Source: Octopus sinensis | Lineage: Eukaryota | Direction: 5' to 3' | NCBI RefSeq assembly: GCF_006345805.1 | Contig: NC_042998.1 | Span: 130,758,001-130,822,000, forward strand | Length of the DNA: 64,000 bases | In this document: positions 36,516 to 50,999 of the stretch, one piece after another | Position numbering within the stretch: the first letter of the stretch is position 1 | How the letters are laid out: the number at the start of each line of letters is the position of its first letter | The notes under the pieces: generated by a model | The model's input: only the letters and a program-made list of their open reading frames with translations | What the model was told of the DNA's origin: nothing | Database searches by the model: none | Position numbers and translations under genes: made by a program

Positions 36516-37251
36516 ATTAATCTCTTGTTTCACTGTGGAATTGTCTTCAGGTGAAAGACAAATGTAATAATAATTAAGTCACTTACAGTATATAAATCAA
36601 TGCGAACTTGTTACTTTTTAAAGCATTGCTGGAACGCTGGGACATGAAAATATCTAACACTAAATGTATGACATCAGGCATAAATTCTGCATTCTCTTGA
36701 TTTTGAAATAAATAGCAAAATATAGCAAGCGAATTATGTTCTTGTTCAGCATGAATATAATGAGTATATTAAATATTTATATATGTGAATGCTGTCTGCA
36801 ACATTTGACATTTGATACAAATCCAAATACTCAACTCTCAAAGTTACAATTCTTTATGATGGCAGTCAAATTCAAGGTAGGTTATTATTGATAGTTTAGA
36901 ATTCGATGTTTATCCTTGTTTCAAAACCATTATTTTTCCCTGTCTTCGGTCAAACTGCAATGCTGATTTATTTTTACTCGAACCGTCTTTTGCAGGATTT
37001 CTCTGAGATAATAAAACAGGTCTTGTTCTTAGACCATCAAATCTTAAACTATTGACATTTGATATCATCAATAATGTATGTCTAGCAGTTTTGTATTACG
37101 ACATTTTCAAGCAGATTAAATCAGAAATTGTTTTATAAGACAAGTATACATTAGCAATTATATCTTAGACATTATCACTTCTATACAGAAATCTACTTAG
37201 CATAAACAATCTTTTGACAGTTTATATTACATTTCCTCATTATTTTTTTGG

Positions 37252-37350
37252 GAAGGCGTGTGACTCTGGTTAGTGTGTTTGCACATCCGATCACCAGATC
37301 GTAGGTTCGTTTCCCGGATCTGGCATCTGTGTTCCTCAATAGAACGCTAC
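37252..37350 (+). mobile_element. tRNA-derived SINE head, diverged
   Basis: GGCGTGTGACTCTGGTTAG (box A-like) and GGTTCGTTTCCC (box B-like). Confidence 0.45.
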
Positions 37351-37464
37351 TCTAATACTGTGTGAGAACCGGCAAGTCCCAAAATAAACCCGACGTTTCC
37401 CCTACTTATCATAAAAGGCGACGAAAAGTGGTTCATGTAAGATTTACACTACGACCTCGCAAAA

Positions 37465-37534
<70 letters not shown>

Positions 37535-37572
37535 TATAATAATTATAATAATTATAATTATAATAATAATAA
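37465..37572. repeat. (CTA)n(ATA)n microsatellite
   Basis: Direct reading. Confidence 0.9.
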
Positions 37573-37704
37573 TACTCTTTTCATTTGTTGTAGTTCAAAA
37601 ATATTTCGTAAATCTGTTTATCTTAGATTCAGCACTCAAATTCTTTGATTGCATGAAATAAATACGTAGTTCTTTGTTTCATTTTATTGCACATGCATTT
37701 AAAC

Positions 37705-38130
<426 letters not shown>

Positions 38131-38658
38131 TATATACATATATGCATATATATATATATGTGTGTGTGTGTATTTTCTCCTATCTTTTCTCCTGTGAAAA
38201 CTTGTTCCTCCAGCATTTGCCACCTCATCCCGTTATGGCTTAGCAGCCCTTGCTGTTTGTTTTCACTGTCCTGTTTTTGTTACCAATTTTGACCCTCCGC
38301 AAATCCCAAATTTAATTTTGATTTGCGGGAGTAACTGTTTCTCCAAGACACATCTTGTCGTAATTGCTCGAAATGTGGAATAGATAAAGTAGCCGACAAC
38401 TGATGAAGGGTAATTATTTTTGTTACTTGTCTTGTCTTCCATTTGTTGCTTTCGTTGTAGGCAACAAAAGTTTGTAATCCATGTTTTCGTATTTCGTATT
38501 TCATGTTGTATATGTTTTATGACATCCTGTACTTAAACATGCATATGAATATACATATATAAGAAAGTATGTACATATATGTGTTTATATATGCATATAT
38601 ATATATATTATTTATATGATCGAACGCCGCGCATCCATTTCCAAGTAAGTTTATCTTT

Positions 38659-38696
<38 letters not shown>

Positions 38697-39005
38697 CTTG
38701 TGTGCATGTGTGTATTTATGTATGTATATATAATATAGGATTAAATTTTTTCAAAAAAATTTCATTAAAGTGGCAGCATATTAAAATACCAATAAAGGTG
38801 AAAATTATAAACAATTTATCAACATGGACAAAAACAAAATTCTATGCCAATATGCTGAGAATAGACATTAAATCGTCAATCACCACATTACAATATCCAT
38901 TCACCATGAATGGTGAATGGATATTGTAATGTGGTGATTGACGATTTTTTTTTGCTCTTGTTTATAAATTTTGTGTATATAATATGTATGTATATGATAT
39001 ATATA

Positions 39006-39053
<48 letters not shown>

Positions 39054-39419
39054 CAAAATGGGACAAGAACGCAAACCAGCCAGATAGACGATACAAAGAA
39101 AACAAGTTCGGGTCATTCGGAGCTTTCTTTCCTCAGTCAAGTTCCAGATTAACTTTCCAATTTCGGCTAGTTATACTCGAGATGGCTTCAATCTGGCCAG
39201 CCCCAAAGAAAAACTAAACTAAGGGCATAAGATTCCCTGGAAGAAAGCAGCGAATGTATACGAAAACACGGAAGGAAAAAAACGGAAAACGTTACACAAA
39301 AACAAGGACATAATAGGTGTCTTTCGACTAAGGAAATATGTATAAATAATTATGTATGGTATGTATATATATATATGAGTGTTTTTTATGTATATATATA
39401 TATATATATATATGTATGG

Positions 39420-39455
<36 letters not shown>

Positions 39456-39684
39456 CACACACACACACGTAGGATGCTGAAAATTTCCTTGCATTAAGGG
39501 CATCGCGAGCAAAACTCCTGGCTGGAGGCACAACTACAATAGTTCTTTTTCAGGGATTAGAAAAAAACACAAAGAACCGCTATAATAAGTGTGTGAATCT
39601 GAGAAGGAAATATGTTGATTAAAATCATAACCAAGTAATCCTCCTGAATTTATATATATATATATATCTATACATATAATTCTT

Positions 39685-40008
39685 TAATTCTTTTACTTTT
39701 CCAGTCATTTGACTGCGGCCATGCTGGAGCACCACCTTTAGTAGAGCAAATCGACCCCAAGACTTATTCTTTGTAAGCCTAGTACTTATTCTATCGGTTT
39801 CTTTTGCCGAACCGCTAAGTGGCGGGGACGTAAACACACCAACATCGATTGTCAAGTGATGTTGGTAGGACAAACACAGTCACAAATAACAAACACACAC
39901 ATACATATATACATATAAGTATACGTATATACATACACTAGGGGCTTCTTTCAGTTTCCGTCTACCAAATCACTCTCATGGCTATGGTAGAAGACACTTG
40001 CCCAAGGT
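39685..40008 (-). mobile_element. OK-like SINE, 5'-truncated
   Basis: High similarity to 50385-50760. Confidence 0.8.
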
Positions 40009-40686
40009 AGTCGTACTTGCTCCTAGTAGTCGTATTTCAACCGGAATGAAGCAATACAGAAATGTCTGCTGGGCAGGTGCTGCCCAAACCATGTTTGAGA
40101 TGACAACTTGTGTGTTGCTCTCACTTGACTTCACAAGCTATCTTGCCTGCTTCTAGAGTGCTTCTTTGTGGAATAGGGTGAGTGAGAATTATAGTGCTGA
40201 TTTCGCATTTATTTCTGTAAACGAATCCCTTACCATAGAGTAGCCTAACCCCCCATGCTGTAGCCTAGACCATTTAGTTTGTCACCGTCATTATTCTTAT
40301 TGCTGCTGTTTTTATTATTGCTGCCGCTTTTGTTGCTATTGCTGTTGGTGATGCTGTTGATGGAGCTGTTGGTATTCTGGTTGCCGTTGGTATGGTTGTT
40401 GCTTCTGTTGTTAAGAACGTTGTCTTGACATTTTCTGTTGTAGATGTTCTCCGGCAAATTTGCACTCGTGAGGCTTGTACACGAACGAAACATGTCCTTC
40501 ACGATTCACACCACTGCAAGATATGCCCATCATTACTATGTATGAGCAAAAGGCACTAAGTTACTGACAAGAAAGAAAAGTCATATTTATGCTTCTCATG
40601 GTTAACAGAGCAACGAAGCTGGAGCGTTGCTCGAAATCAAGTTACAGTCATCTTCAAGATATGCATATATGTATGCACATATATAT

Positions 40687-40720
<34 letters not shown>

Positions 40721-40735
40721 CGCACACACACACAC

Positions 40736-40774
<39 letters not shown>

Positions 40775-41000
40775 AAAGTATGATAGGGGTTATAAGGGTA
40801 ACCCACTACGGGATATCAGTTTATCCGATATACTGCTGGTGAAGTACCCAAATACCAATACATAAATGCTTATAATTGCAATGCAATTAATTCATTTATT
40901 GTCATAGATAATAATAATAATATGAAATTTTAATATCTGTAAGTTGATGATCGAAATGAATTTGTTCCTCCATTTTCTTATTTGTGTATGTATATATATA

Positions 41001-41055
<55 letters not shown>

Positions 41056-41439
41056 TATATAATATAATATGAACATATACAGTGTATTTGTCTATTATCT
41101 TTTCTATATATATTTACGCTTGTATGATGAGTTTAAGGATAAATGTGGTTGATATTATCCGGAGATACATATAAGGCGTGAAAGTTAGCTGGTTGACTTA
41201 GTATATATTATGCAACACTCACACATACATACACAAACACACACGCATACACACACACGCACATATAAAGTATTGGAAGATGATTCCAGTTAATTTTATT
41301 TTTTTCAACACAATAGCATGTTTATTTAACAAAACGTAGCAGCAAATACGACATATACTACAAAAGCAGAATTTCGAATCACAAGACATACGACAACCAG
41401 CAACAGTAACGATTCGAACAACAAACATTAAAAAGAAAA

Positions 41440-41600
41440 CCAAACAAAATGGTGGAACAAAAAATTCAGCAAATCAGGTTTTAGCGAAATTAAGTCTGTC
41501 AAAATACAACGCCAGCGGCTTTCTTAATTGCTAGGATTGTTTGCCATAAAGATCAGAATGTGGGGCGGTGGGGAAGATTTCTTTCGCATGCGCAAGTAAT
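41440..41600. promoter_or_regulatory. Candidate promoter-like motif cluster
   Basis: AAAATGG (YY1-like) ~41447, GGGGCGG GC box ~41562, CGCATGCGCA (NRF1-like) ~41586 in non-repetitive sequence. Confidence 0.2.
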
Positions 41601-41993
41601 ATGTTGAATCCTTTTCCTCGATTTGCTGATTTTTTTTTTAGCATTCACCTCTTTGGTCTTTTTACCGTTATATTTCATATATATGTATATATACATATTC
41701 ATTTCTAATTGCTTCTAGCATATATTACATTACTGTTATGTAATACTGAAAAATCTTTCGCTGGGAAATTCGGAAGGAAGTGAAGTCATATGTCTTATAC
41801 ACACACACACGCACACACACACACGCACGCACACACACACACACACAGGCACACAAATATGTTTATATGTATTTAAATATAGACGAAATATCAACGTATA
41901 ATATGTATGTGTATATATATATATTTATATATATGTATCTATGTATGTATATATTTATGCATGCATATGCATGCATTTTCATGCGCATATGTA

Positions 41994-42041
<48 letters not shown>

Positions 42042-42423
42042 TGTGTGTGTGAGTGTGTTTTGTGTGCGTGTGTGAGAGTGTGTGTGTGAATGAATGTGTG
42101 GGTACTTGATGTATATTTTACATCATTGTTGCCATCTAAATTTACGTATGGATATAATTTCGTTGTAATATATATATATATGTGTCTGTAAATATTTATA
42201 TGTTTAGACAAATATGTAAGTAATTATATGTATTCAGCTTAATTCCTTATGCCTTTCATAAATCTTATGTGGAAAAGTTACAAACATATTGGATTTATCG
42301 ATTTTCCTCACATTTGAGATTAGTAATTAATTTTTTTAAGTATCTTAGTGGTTTTATTATTGTTATTATTGTTGTTGTTGTTGTTGTTGTTATTATTAGT
42401 ATAAGTATTATCATTATTATTGT

Positions 42424-42979
42424 GTGAGAGAGCAGTGTATGCCATCAAAGTGACACTGGGGTAAAATATACGAAGCCCAGTATACTCATCATGACTACCC
42501 GTCTGATAAGGATACACTAGACACATGCATCACAACCACATGTGCGCGACATGCTGATCTCATATCAAGATAAACAGCACATGACCTTGCAGGTAGGGCC
42601 CGGTTAGAATTTTCTTCTGGTCGAGAAACCCATCCCTTTCAATAGGTCCTTGAATAAGGGTTGTTTAAGGATGTTGAACGAAACACCTATGTTTCCAGAG
42701 GTGAATTATTCAAACCCCAAAGAATCTCTCTCAACACATGGCTATGATGCCCCCCCCACTACTTCTGCTCGTGATCAGAGATGCACATATCGTCAGCCAC
42801 TAAGGAACATGCTCAACTGGTTAAGGTCAAACAACTGACAAGCAAATCTGTGGTATTGAGCAGAATATTTTCTGTAGCCCATCTTTTTTACCAAGACAAA
42901 ACAATGTACATTGATAAAACTTCCAATCAGTTAAGTTCAGAAGCCACGAGAGCCACTGCCTGGTATTGCATCAGGGCAT
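42424..42979 (-). mobile_element. ~550-bp non-coding (TAA)n-tailed repeat, copy 1
   Basis: Reverse-complement homolog of 58212-58680; TAA-type tracts at both ends. Confidence 0.75.
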
Positions 42980-43029
42980 TTATTATTATTATTATTATCA
43001 TTATTATTATTATTATTATCATTATTATT

Positions 43030-44170
43030 CAGTAGTTTTATTTTTATAGCGTGTTTCACTTCACTACCGAGCGCAGCTGTGTGTGCCTTGGGTATGTGCT
43101 GGGATTTGTTGTGATGCTCTGATGGTTATTGTATGGAAAGTGTTCTGCGTAGGATGTGTGCAGTGCCTAGTAGTGCAATTTTCTGTATGTTATATGTGTT
43201 TGTAAGTCCTGGTGTTTTTGTTATGTATTTGTCTGAATATTTTTTTATCATGCCTAATGCACCTACTATGATAGGAACTGTTTCTGTTTTCAGATTCCAC
43301 ATTCTAGTTACCTCTATTTCCAGGTCTTTGTATTTTGAGAGTTTTATCATGGTTCGTTGCTGTTCTAATTTTAGTTTGGATTTCGTTTGTTTTATAGCTT
43401 TTGTTGTTTCTTCATCTTCTTCTTCTTCTTCTTCTTCATGTTTATTAGGTGGTATGATTTCTTGTTTGTATTTGTCAGCTTCCTTAAATACTGAGAACAG
43501 TTTTTTGTTTTGCTCGTGTTTTGCCGCTATCTGGATCAGTTTTCCTTCCTTCTGAAGTAGATATTTTTGCAGTCCTATGGTGGTTATTTTATAGTAGTTT
43601 TCCAGCTGTATAAGGCCTCTACCACCTTCTATACGTTGTATATATAGTCTTTCTATGTCAGATTTTGGGTGATGCATCCTAGATCCTGTCATTATTTTTC
43701 TTGTTTTCCTATCTATTTTGGACAGTTCATTTCGTGTCCAGTTAAGGATATTGTAGCTGTAACTTATAACTGGAACAGCTAAAGTGTTGATACCTATTAT
43801 CTTGTTTTTAGCATTGAGCTCTGTTTTTAGTATTGATCTAACTTGTCTATAATATTCTTTTTTTATTTTCTCTTTCATTTGTGTGTGTTGTGTCTTATCT
43901 AGTTCATGGATTCCTAAGTATTTGTAAGTTTGGCTTTGGTCTAATTCTTTTATTTCATTGGTTTTATCTAGTGCGATGTTGTTACTCTTAACTAGTTTTC
44001 CTATTTTCATGGTTACTTTGGCGCATTTTTCTAATCCAAATTTCATATCTATTTCATTGGTAAATCCATGAACTGTCTTTCATAGTGTTTCCAGCTGTTT
44101 GTCATTTGCAGCGTATAGTTTTAGGTCATCCATATATAAAAGGTGGCTGATCGTTTTGCCGTAACATTTT
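43030..44170 (-). mobile_element. R4/Dong-type LINE, young subfamily, RT YMDD to 3' end, with in-frame internal deletion
   Basis: ISHLLYMDDLKLY; ORF 43126-44046; 3' ~310 bp nearly identical to 23535-23847; knuckle and REL core absent. Confidence 0.9.
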
Positions 44171-44183
44171 ATTATCATTATTA

Positions 44184-44218
<35 letters not shown>

Positions 44219-44239
44219 TTTTTTTTTTTTTTTTTTTTT

Positions 44240-44902
44240 CTTCTTTCAAATTTGCTTCCATTTCTTGCCGAGTGTCTTCCCGACTCCTAGGGCAAAGAAA
44301 CTCATAGTATACATCGGTAGGCCATTACACCAAACTCAATAGTTCGTTCATTTTTTTTTTTTTTTTTTAAGTTAAATTAAAATACATGAGCAGCAACAAT
44401 TCTCACATCGACAATGCTCTTCTCAATACATGTGATGTACCAGTTAAGACGATCTTTTGCACTTCTTGCAGGGATGGTAAGCCAGGGATCATTCTCATAT
44501 AATTTTCGGTTCCCTTATTGATCATTCCTAGTGGTCCTACGATCACTGGTATTGTAACCGCCTTGAGATGCCACATTTTCTCAATTTCAATGAGTAGGTC
44601 TTTATATTTTCTGAGCTTGTCAAACTCTTTCGCTGAGATATTATGATCGCAGGGGATGCTCATGTCGATCAATAAGCAAACTTTATTGTTTTGGTCTTTC
44701 ACAACAATATCTGGTTTATTGGCCTTGATGGTTCGGTCTGTATGTACTGGAAAGTCCCACAGAATGGTTACATTTTCTCCTTCAGTTACAGCCTCAGGGT
44801 GGTGATTATACCACTTGTCGGCAGTTTTGATATTGTAATGCCGACTTATTAGCCAGTGTAGATATTGGCCAACTCTGTCATGTCTTAATTTATACTCCAC
44901 TG

Positions 44903-44904
<2 letters not shown>
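44240..44904 (-). mobile_element. R4/Dong-type LINE 3' fragment, third subfamily, with poly(A) tail
   Basis: RHDRVGQYLHW..KPDIVVKD..LIDMSIP..KLRKYKDL..HVLRRALSM; T run 44217-44239. Confidence 0.9.
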
Positions 44905-44976
<72 letters not shown>

Positions 44977-44977
<1 letters not shown>

Positions 44978-45400
44978 TATGTTTGACTTTTGCTTTATAT
45001 TTGTACAAGTTGGCTCCAAGTCTCACCCAGAGACCTCAAGAGACAGCAGGTTGGAAGTTCATGTTGTTGTTATGCCTAGTGTGCCATATATTTGGGGGGG
45101 GGGGTGTTGTACTAATGAATGTCTAAAAAAAAAATTTTTTTAAACCGAAAATTATGTTTGTTTTAAACCTTGAGATTACATAGAAAGTATTTTGCGTAGG
45201 ATATGAGCAGTTCCCATGAGCACTATCTTTTGAATTTCTGCCATTTTGGGGTTTCCTGGTATCTGAGTTAGTTAGCTATCAGCCCCTTTTGCTATCATTC
45301 CCAGGGCACCTATGACAACATGTATTGTTTTAGTCTTCAGGTTCCACATTTTGCTGATTTCTATTTCAAGATCTTAATATTTGCTCAGTTTTTGGTAGTT
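44977..45400 (-). mobile_element. R4/Dong-type LINE 3' tip, fourth subfamily
   Basis: KLSKY*DLEIEISKMWNLK..VVIGALGMI..IQKIVLMGTAHILRKILSM. Confidence 0.8.
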
Positions 45401-45433
45401 TTATTATTATTATTATTAGTAGTAGTAGTATTA

Positions 45434-45496
<63 letters not shown>

Positions 45497-45497
<1 letters not shown>

Positions 45498-47176
45498 TGT
45501 CTTTACACAGCTTCTAATGCTGGAGATGTACTACGGTGTCAGCTGCAACAACTTTTAAAATAAGGTAACACCTCTTATTTTTCGTGCTACTACCAACTTT
45601 TTTCATCGACCACAACTGCTTTACCTGCCAAGCTAACCTGTCATATCCATAGACTTTTCGTTCTTCCTTATCGTATACCTTGATGTCAGCTGGGTATGCT
45701 ATATCTATGATCCAGCATAGTTTATTTTCTTTCTCAATTAAGACTATGTCTGGCTTCTTATTCTCTATCTCATAGTCGCACAGAATCATAAAACGGTGTA
45801 TTTCATCTACTTTGTTCTTAGTGATTGCTCTTAGGCACCACAGATTAGAGCCTCTGTTTCCGGTTTTAAATCATTTTTACTCATCCACAGCCAGCTTTTT
45901 TCTCTATCTGTCTAATCTTCAACAATCCTGTGAAATTGACCATGCATTCTTTTCTTTACCCACCTATTTTCAGTTTCATTCGTTTTCAATTGCTTATACA
46001 GTGCTTTATCTTTGCAATCTTTCATTCTACACTAGGCTGACTTACTTCTAATAATAGCGGTTCTGTGGCATTTTTTTCATACTATGCTATGTTGTTTTCT
46101 TCTGCTCTAATGCTGTGTTCGCATCCAAGAAGTCTGTTCCCCCTCTTTTTCTTGGTACATATAGTCTGTGTCACTTTTTGGGTGGAGTGTCCCATATCTT
46201 GTTAGCAACTTCCTTGTCTTTCTGTCTAAGCTGTTTATTACGTCTACTGTCCATGCGATTACCGCTGCTCCATATCTAAGGAGTGAAACCGCTCAGGTGT
46301 TGATAGTTTCAATCTTATTCCCTCCGTTAATTTCGACTTAAGGATCTGTCTTGGTCTGCGCAAGAACTTTCACCATCAATTTATCCATTTCCAAAATCCC
46401 CAAGTACTTTTGGCCCGTCCCTTCTGCCTGCTTCATAACCTCTCCTGGCGTATCGTTAGCCTGTCCATACAATTGATTTTGCCTTTCTTCAAGACTAACA
46501 CACCGCACTTTCTCAGTCCGAACTCCATTCTGATATCAGCAGTGAAAGTATGCAACGTATCAACGAGGGAACTGACTTGGGATTTATCTTTACCATAAAG
46601 TTTGAGGTCATCCATGAATAACTAATAGTTGACTCTTTGTTGAGGATTTTGAATACACACCCAGCTTTTGCTCTCCTCAAAATCAGTTAGTGGTGTCAAG
46701 CACAGTACAAAGATCAGTGGGGACAGGCAGTCGTCTTGGAAGATTCCCTTCCTGATTTCTGCTGTCCCTAAACTTCTTCTGTATGCTGTCAAGTCCGTCC
46801 TCCAATTCGCCATACTTTTTCAAAGCAATCGCTGAACATTCGATTCCATACCAAATAGGTTCATACATTCCATAATCCAAGAATGTGGGATCATATCGTA
46901 TGGCTTACAATAGTCGATCCATGACATGGGTAAGTGAATTTTCCTCCTTTTGCAGTCTCTAAGTGCAGTTTGGTCTATTAGGAGTTGATCCCTGGTACCT
47001 CTGCACTTACGCTGGCAACCCTTCTGCTTATGTGGTAGGAATCCATTTTTTTCCAGATGTTCGTACATTGATTCTGCAAGTATTCCAGTCAATAATTTCC
47101 ACATGAGTGGCAAACATGATAGCGGCCTGTAATTGTCTACCATATTGCATTTTTCGAGGTTTTTCAAGCACAGCAC
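45497..47176 (-). mobile_element. R4/Dong-type LINE (second subfamily): RT plus partial REL, internally deleted, decayed
   Basis: [41 protein letters not shown]; GIFQDDCLSPLIF; MDDLKLY..MEFGLRKC; KPDIVLIE..WIIDIA. Confidence 0.85.
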
Positions 47177-47263
47177 TATTATTATTATTATTATTATTTT
47201 TATTACTATTATTATTATTATTACAATTATTTTTTATTGTTCTTACTGTTGTTATTAAATCAC

Positions 47264-47420
47264 CAAGTTGTTAGAACGCTTAGTGTTGTAAATGCTTAGC
47301 GGCATTTTCTCTGGTTTTTAAAATCTGAGCTAAAATCGTGCCAAGATTGATTTTTCTTTTCATTCTTTTCGAGTTGTTAAGATTAAAGTACCGGCGAAGT
47401 ACTGAAGACAGTACAATTAA
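47264..47420 (+). mobile_element. OR-like SINE, diverged
   Basis: GCTTAGCGGCATTT..TTTTCATTCTTTTCGAGTTG..TAAAGTACC. Confidence 0.5.
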
Positions 47421-49689
47421 CCAAGATTAGGGATCAATTGTTAAAATTTGAAATGGTTATTGTTAATATTTTTTGCAATGTCAAGAGCACCTTCACTTCG
47501 CACCTTGTATGACACAAAAACACAACTATTGTGAGCAGCTATTTGGCTGTGTTGTAGTTTCGCTCCCTCTTGGGGAAATGTTTAACTGATTTTGTAACAT
47601 TTATCCATTTGTTTAGAAGTACGAGAAAAAGCATGTGATCGAATATTTTGCACAGATCAATCGAGTGAGCCCAGGGATAGAAAGAGCTGTTTTCACACTT
47701 CTTCTACAACTTTAAATCATCATTGGTGAACGTAACAATGACAACAGCATTAATAATTTTAATAACAATAACAACATGAACAAAGGACATAAATATTTGA
47801 CAAGGAAAGTGAAAACAGAAAATAGAACTACGATAACGAAAGCAAAGTCAAGAAAAGTGAGAATTTAGAGCAAAAAGAAGCAAATTGTTCTTTCAACACA
47901 CCTGTAAATTCTACCTCCGTTGCCAATATAGCAATTAAGCCTGACCATTAACCCTAACACAAAAAAGACATCAAAACTTGTATATATTTCGTGAGTGTAT
48001 TTTGAACACGTTGTCTGTCTGATAGAGCTTATTTAGTTGTAGGGCCAACTGTTGAGCCAAAATACTAGAAAACATCTGCTAAGAAACCCGCTTCAAACCT
48101 GAACCGTACAAAACAATAAGAAAAATTGAAAAATTGAGCTGGTGATACAGCAGCAAATGGAGAAGTTCCTCAAGTTCATTTGTGGTGCCATAACATACGT
48201 CATCAGGAGGAACGTGGCAACACAATAGAGGTGAAAATGACTATAGAAGACAAGGTCAAGAAACAATTCACAATAACACTAAAGAGTGCCGCACTTGCTC
48301 TCATCCCATTATGTATTGATTGTAGAATAAATAACATGATGATAGTCGACGAAATCCCAGAAGTAAGAATCTCTGATTCATGGCATAATAGACAGTAATA
48401 TTCTGCATCAGACTAATTAGACAATTTATTGACATATTAGTCAAGACAGATCATTGAAGTATCGAATCCAAACTAAAATTAATTACACAAAATTGTACGA
48501 TGAAGACTGGAGGGTGAAGTGATATTTGTACGGCGGCACAAATCATTTCAAGGAAATCTGTCCATAGCAAAGAGGTGGGTTTTGAAAGCCAACACTTCTT
48601 TCGACATCAGCACAACGGTGACAACACCAGCAGCAACAACAATAGTTTCAACACCAGGAGCACCAACACCATCAACAACCACGGCACCAGCAACATTAGC
48701 ATGCAGTTACAACTGCAACAGTAACAGCAGTTGTAATGTCCGCAGCCCTGAAAAGAGCATTAACAGCAGCAGAAACTGCAAATTAAACAACGCCAGTTAC
48801 AACTATTGCTGCAGTAACTACAAGTTTGGAATCTGCCATTAAAGGCCACCAAATTACATACAACTGCAAGAGAAGGTCTTTAATTGAACAACAATTCATT
48901 GCTTCAAATGTCTCCAATACATACCCATCACAACCCACATCACACCGACATATCGTGTTGTGTAGATGGCGCAGAGGTACCAAAAGGGTAAGCGGTAACA
49001 AATGTGTAAAAGGAAGGGTGAGCACAAGCGGGGATGCATGTAAACATGAATGCACTAACGGTAAGCCCATCAGAAGCTATACTAGTACTATCTACATCAT
49101 TATGTCATCCACTAACGATACCACCATCCAAACAGATTACCGAACACGGAAAATGAAATGATTAACTTCACATTCATAAAAAAATCTATAAAACAAACCT
49201 ATGGTTCACATACACAGACATATAAGCAGCACACACGTTAACTACATTACGTTAACAAATACCATTCCAATATTCAAATATAATTGAAATATTGCTACAA
49301 ATACATTTATGAAACTAAATGCTTAGATGGAGCAGGGGACTGAATAAAATCCGCATGAGAAGTACCCACAGACAGCTGTAGCAACGTAACATTTGTCCCT
49401 TATGTATGTGGGTTTTTCTATTGAAATTGGTTTAATTAGATTACATATTGTAAATGCATTTTAGTCTAGAGAGCTGCACTATAAAGTTTCTCAGTGATCT
49501 TAGGTAATTCTGACCATCAGCGAAATCAATATTTCTGATTCACAAGCCTTCATGCCAATTTTCGGTGGATACAAAATTTACACATCTCGACACTGAGAAG
49601 CAGGGTTGCTCTATTGTTTCATAAGGGTTTTGGTCATTTGATAGAACCGTCATCTTGAACCCAGAAAATAGTTTATTGGGACTCAGTAT

Positions 49690-49960
49690 GAACAATTAAA
49701 CTCGTTGTGGTTTATGTTCCGACAGAGACAGGACAACTTCGTATCTTCAGACACCTGGAGGTTTCCAAGGAACGTCCCCCACTCAAGCTTCAGACGATCG
49801 GAACGCCATCTTGGATTTGTAAGGCTAGTTGATTGGAGAGGCGACGCAAAAGCTTCAAAATACTTGTTCAGACGTTTTCAATTGCTGATTGATCCCAACA
49901 GGATTTTCTGAATAGTCAAATGTGGATATGGACAAACGCTGTTGTGGCATTGAGATCGTC
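49690..49960 (+). pseudogene. L1/Tx1-like APE endonuclease relic
   Basis: KLVVVYVPT..FRHLEV, then a DWNAILD-like segment (GATCGGAACGCCATCTTGGAT) and MWIWTN. Confidence 0.45.
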
Positions 49961-50384
49961 TCTAAATATAGTATTCTGTAAGCCATTTGAAATGGTCAAA
50001 AATAGGTTGTCCAGATTCTAAAATCCACACGAAAATAGACCACCAACTCTTGACTTCATTTATTAAGGTGATGAGTGTAATGTCGGGCATTCCTTGAGCA
50101 ATCTCTCCTCGGCAGTTTTCTTTGGAGAACTTCGTTTGTTAGAATTAACATGTTTTTCTTAGCTAAAGTTTTACATGAGATAAGTAAAATCCTTATTATA
50201 TACATATCTTGTCATTTACAATATCTTTTTTGTGTACAATGTTGGAAACGATTGCTTAATATAATACCAAAGATTGCTTAATATAAATGCCAAAGTTTTC
50301 AGTCTCAATTGAAACATTGATCATAGGTTTACCCAATCAACATTGATCTGGAATAAAATAACGATAATTAATATTCTTTACTCG

Positions 50385-50584
50385 TTTACTCTTTTACTTG
50401 TTTCAGTCATGTGATTGTGGCCATGCTGGAGTTCCGCCTTTAGTCGAGCAAATCGACCCCAGGACTTATTCTTTGTAATCCTAGTACTTATTCTATCGGT
50501 CCCATTTGCCAAACCGCTAAGTTACGGGGACGCAAACGCACCAGCATCGGTTGTCAAGCGATGTTGGGGGACAAACACAGACAC

Positions 50585-50664
<80 letters not shown>

Positions 50665-50830
50665 TACGACGAGCTTCTTTCAGTTTCCGTCTACCAAATC
50701 TACTCACAAGGCTTTGGTCGGCCAGGGCTATAGTAGAAGACACTGGCCTAAGGTACCAGGCAGTGGGACTGAACCCGGAACCATGTGATTCGTAAGCAAA
50801 CTAATTACCACACAGCCACTCCTACACCTA
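50385..50830 (-). mobile_element. Full-length OK-like tRNA-derived SINE with internal (TA)n
   Basis: Minus strand head GTAGGAGTGGCTGTGTGGTAA..GGTTCCGGGTTCAGTCCC; tail CAGCATGGCCACAATCACATGACTGAAACAAGTAAAAG. Confidence 0.85.
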
Positions 50831-50999
50831 TAGTTTGTGTTATTCACTCTTTAATGATGCTGTTGCTTTTGATGCACAAACGATTATGATGTATTGAATA
50901 CCAAAGTCCATCTCAACGTGTAAGCCGTTTTTGACTTGTGTGTGCTCATCTCGGAAGTTAAACCATTAGTATAGTCCGTTAATGCAGTTGGCTGTAGTA

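Noticed and set aside
38395-38430. CTGATGAAGGG as a hammerhead core
   Set aside because: No downstream stem II partner, GAAA or stem I.
40245-40502. Asn-rich 85-aa ORF
   Set aside because: Degenerate (AAC/AGC) trinucleotide repeat.
40474-40502. GTGAGG..GAAACATGTC-CTTCAC, HHR-like with stem I and palindromic stem III
   Set aside because: CUGANGA core and stem II are missing; at most a deleted relic.
40606-40640. 8-bp hairpin GAGCAACG/CGTTGCTC followed by GAAA
   Set aside because: No CUGANGA directly upstream and no consistent stems I or III.
48180-49161. Thr/Pro- and Cys-rich ORFs resembling a mucin, plus hydrophobic antisense frames
   Set aside because: Composition is explained by decayed CAN trinucleotide repeats; the frames are short and discontinuous with no clear splice signals.
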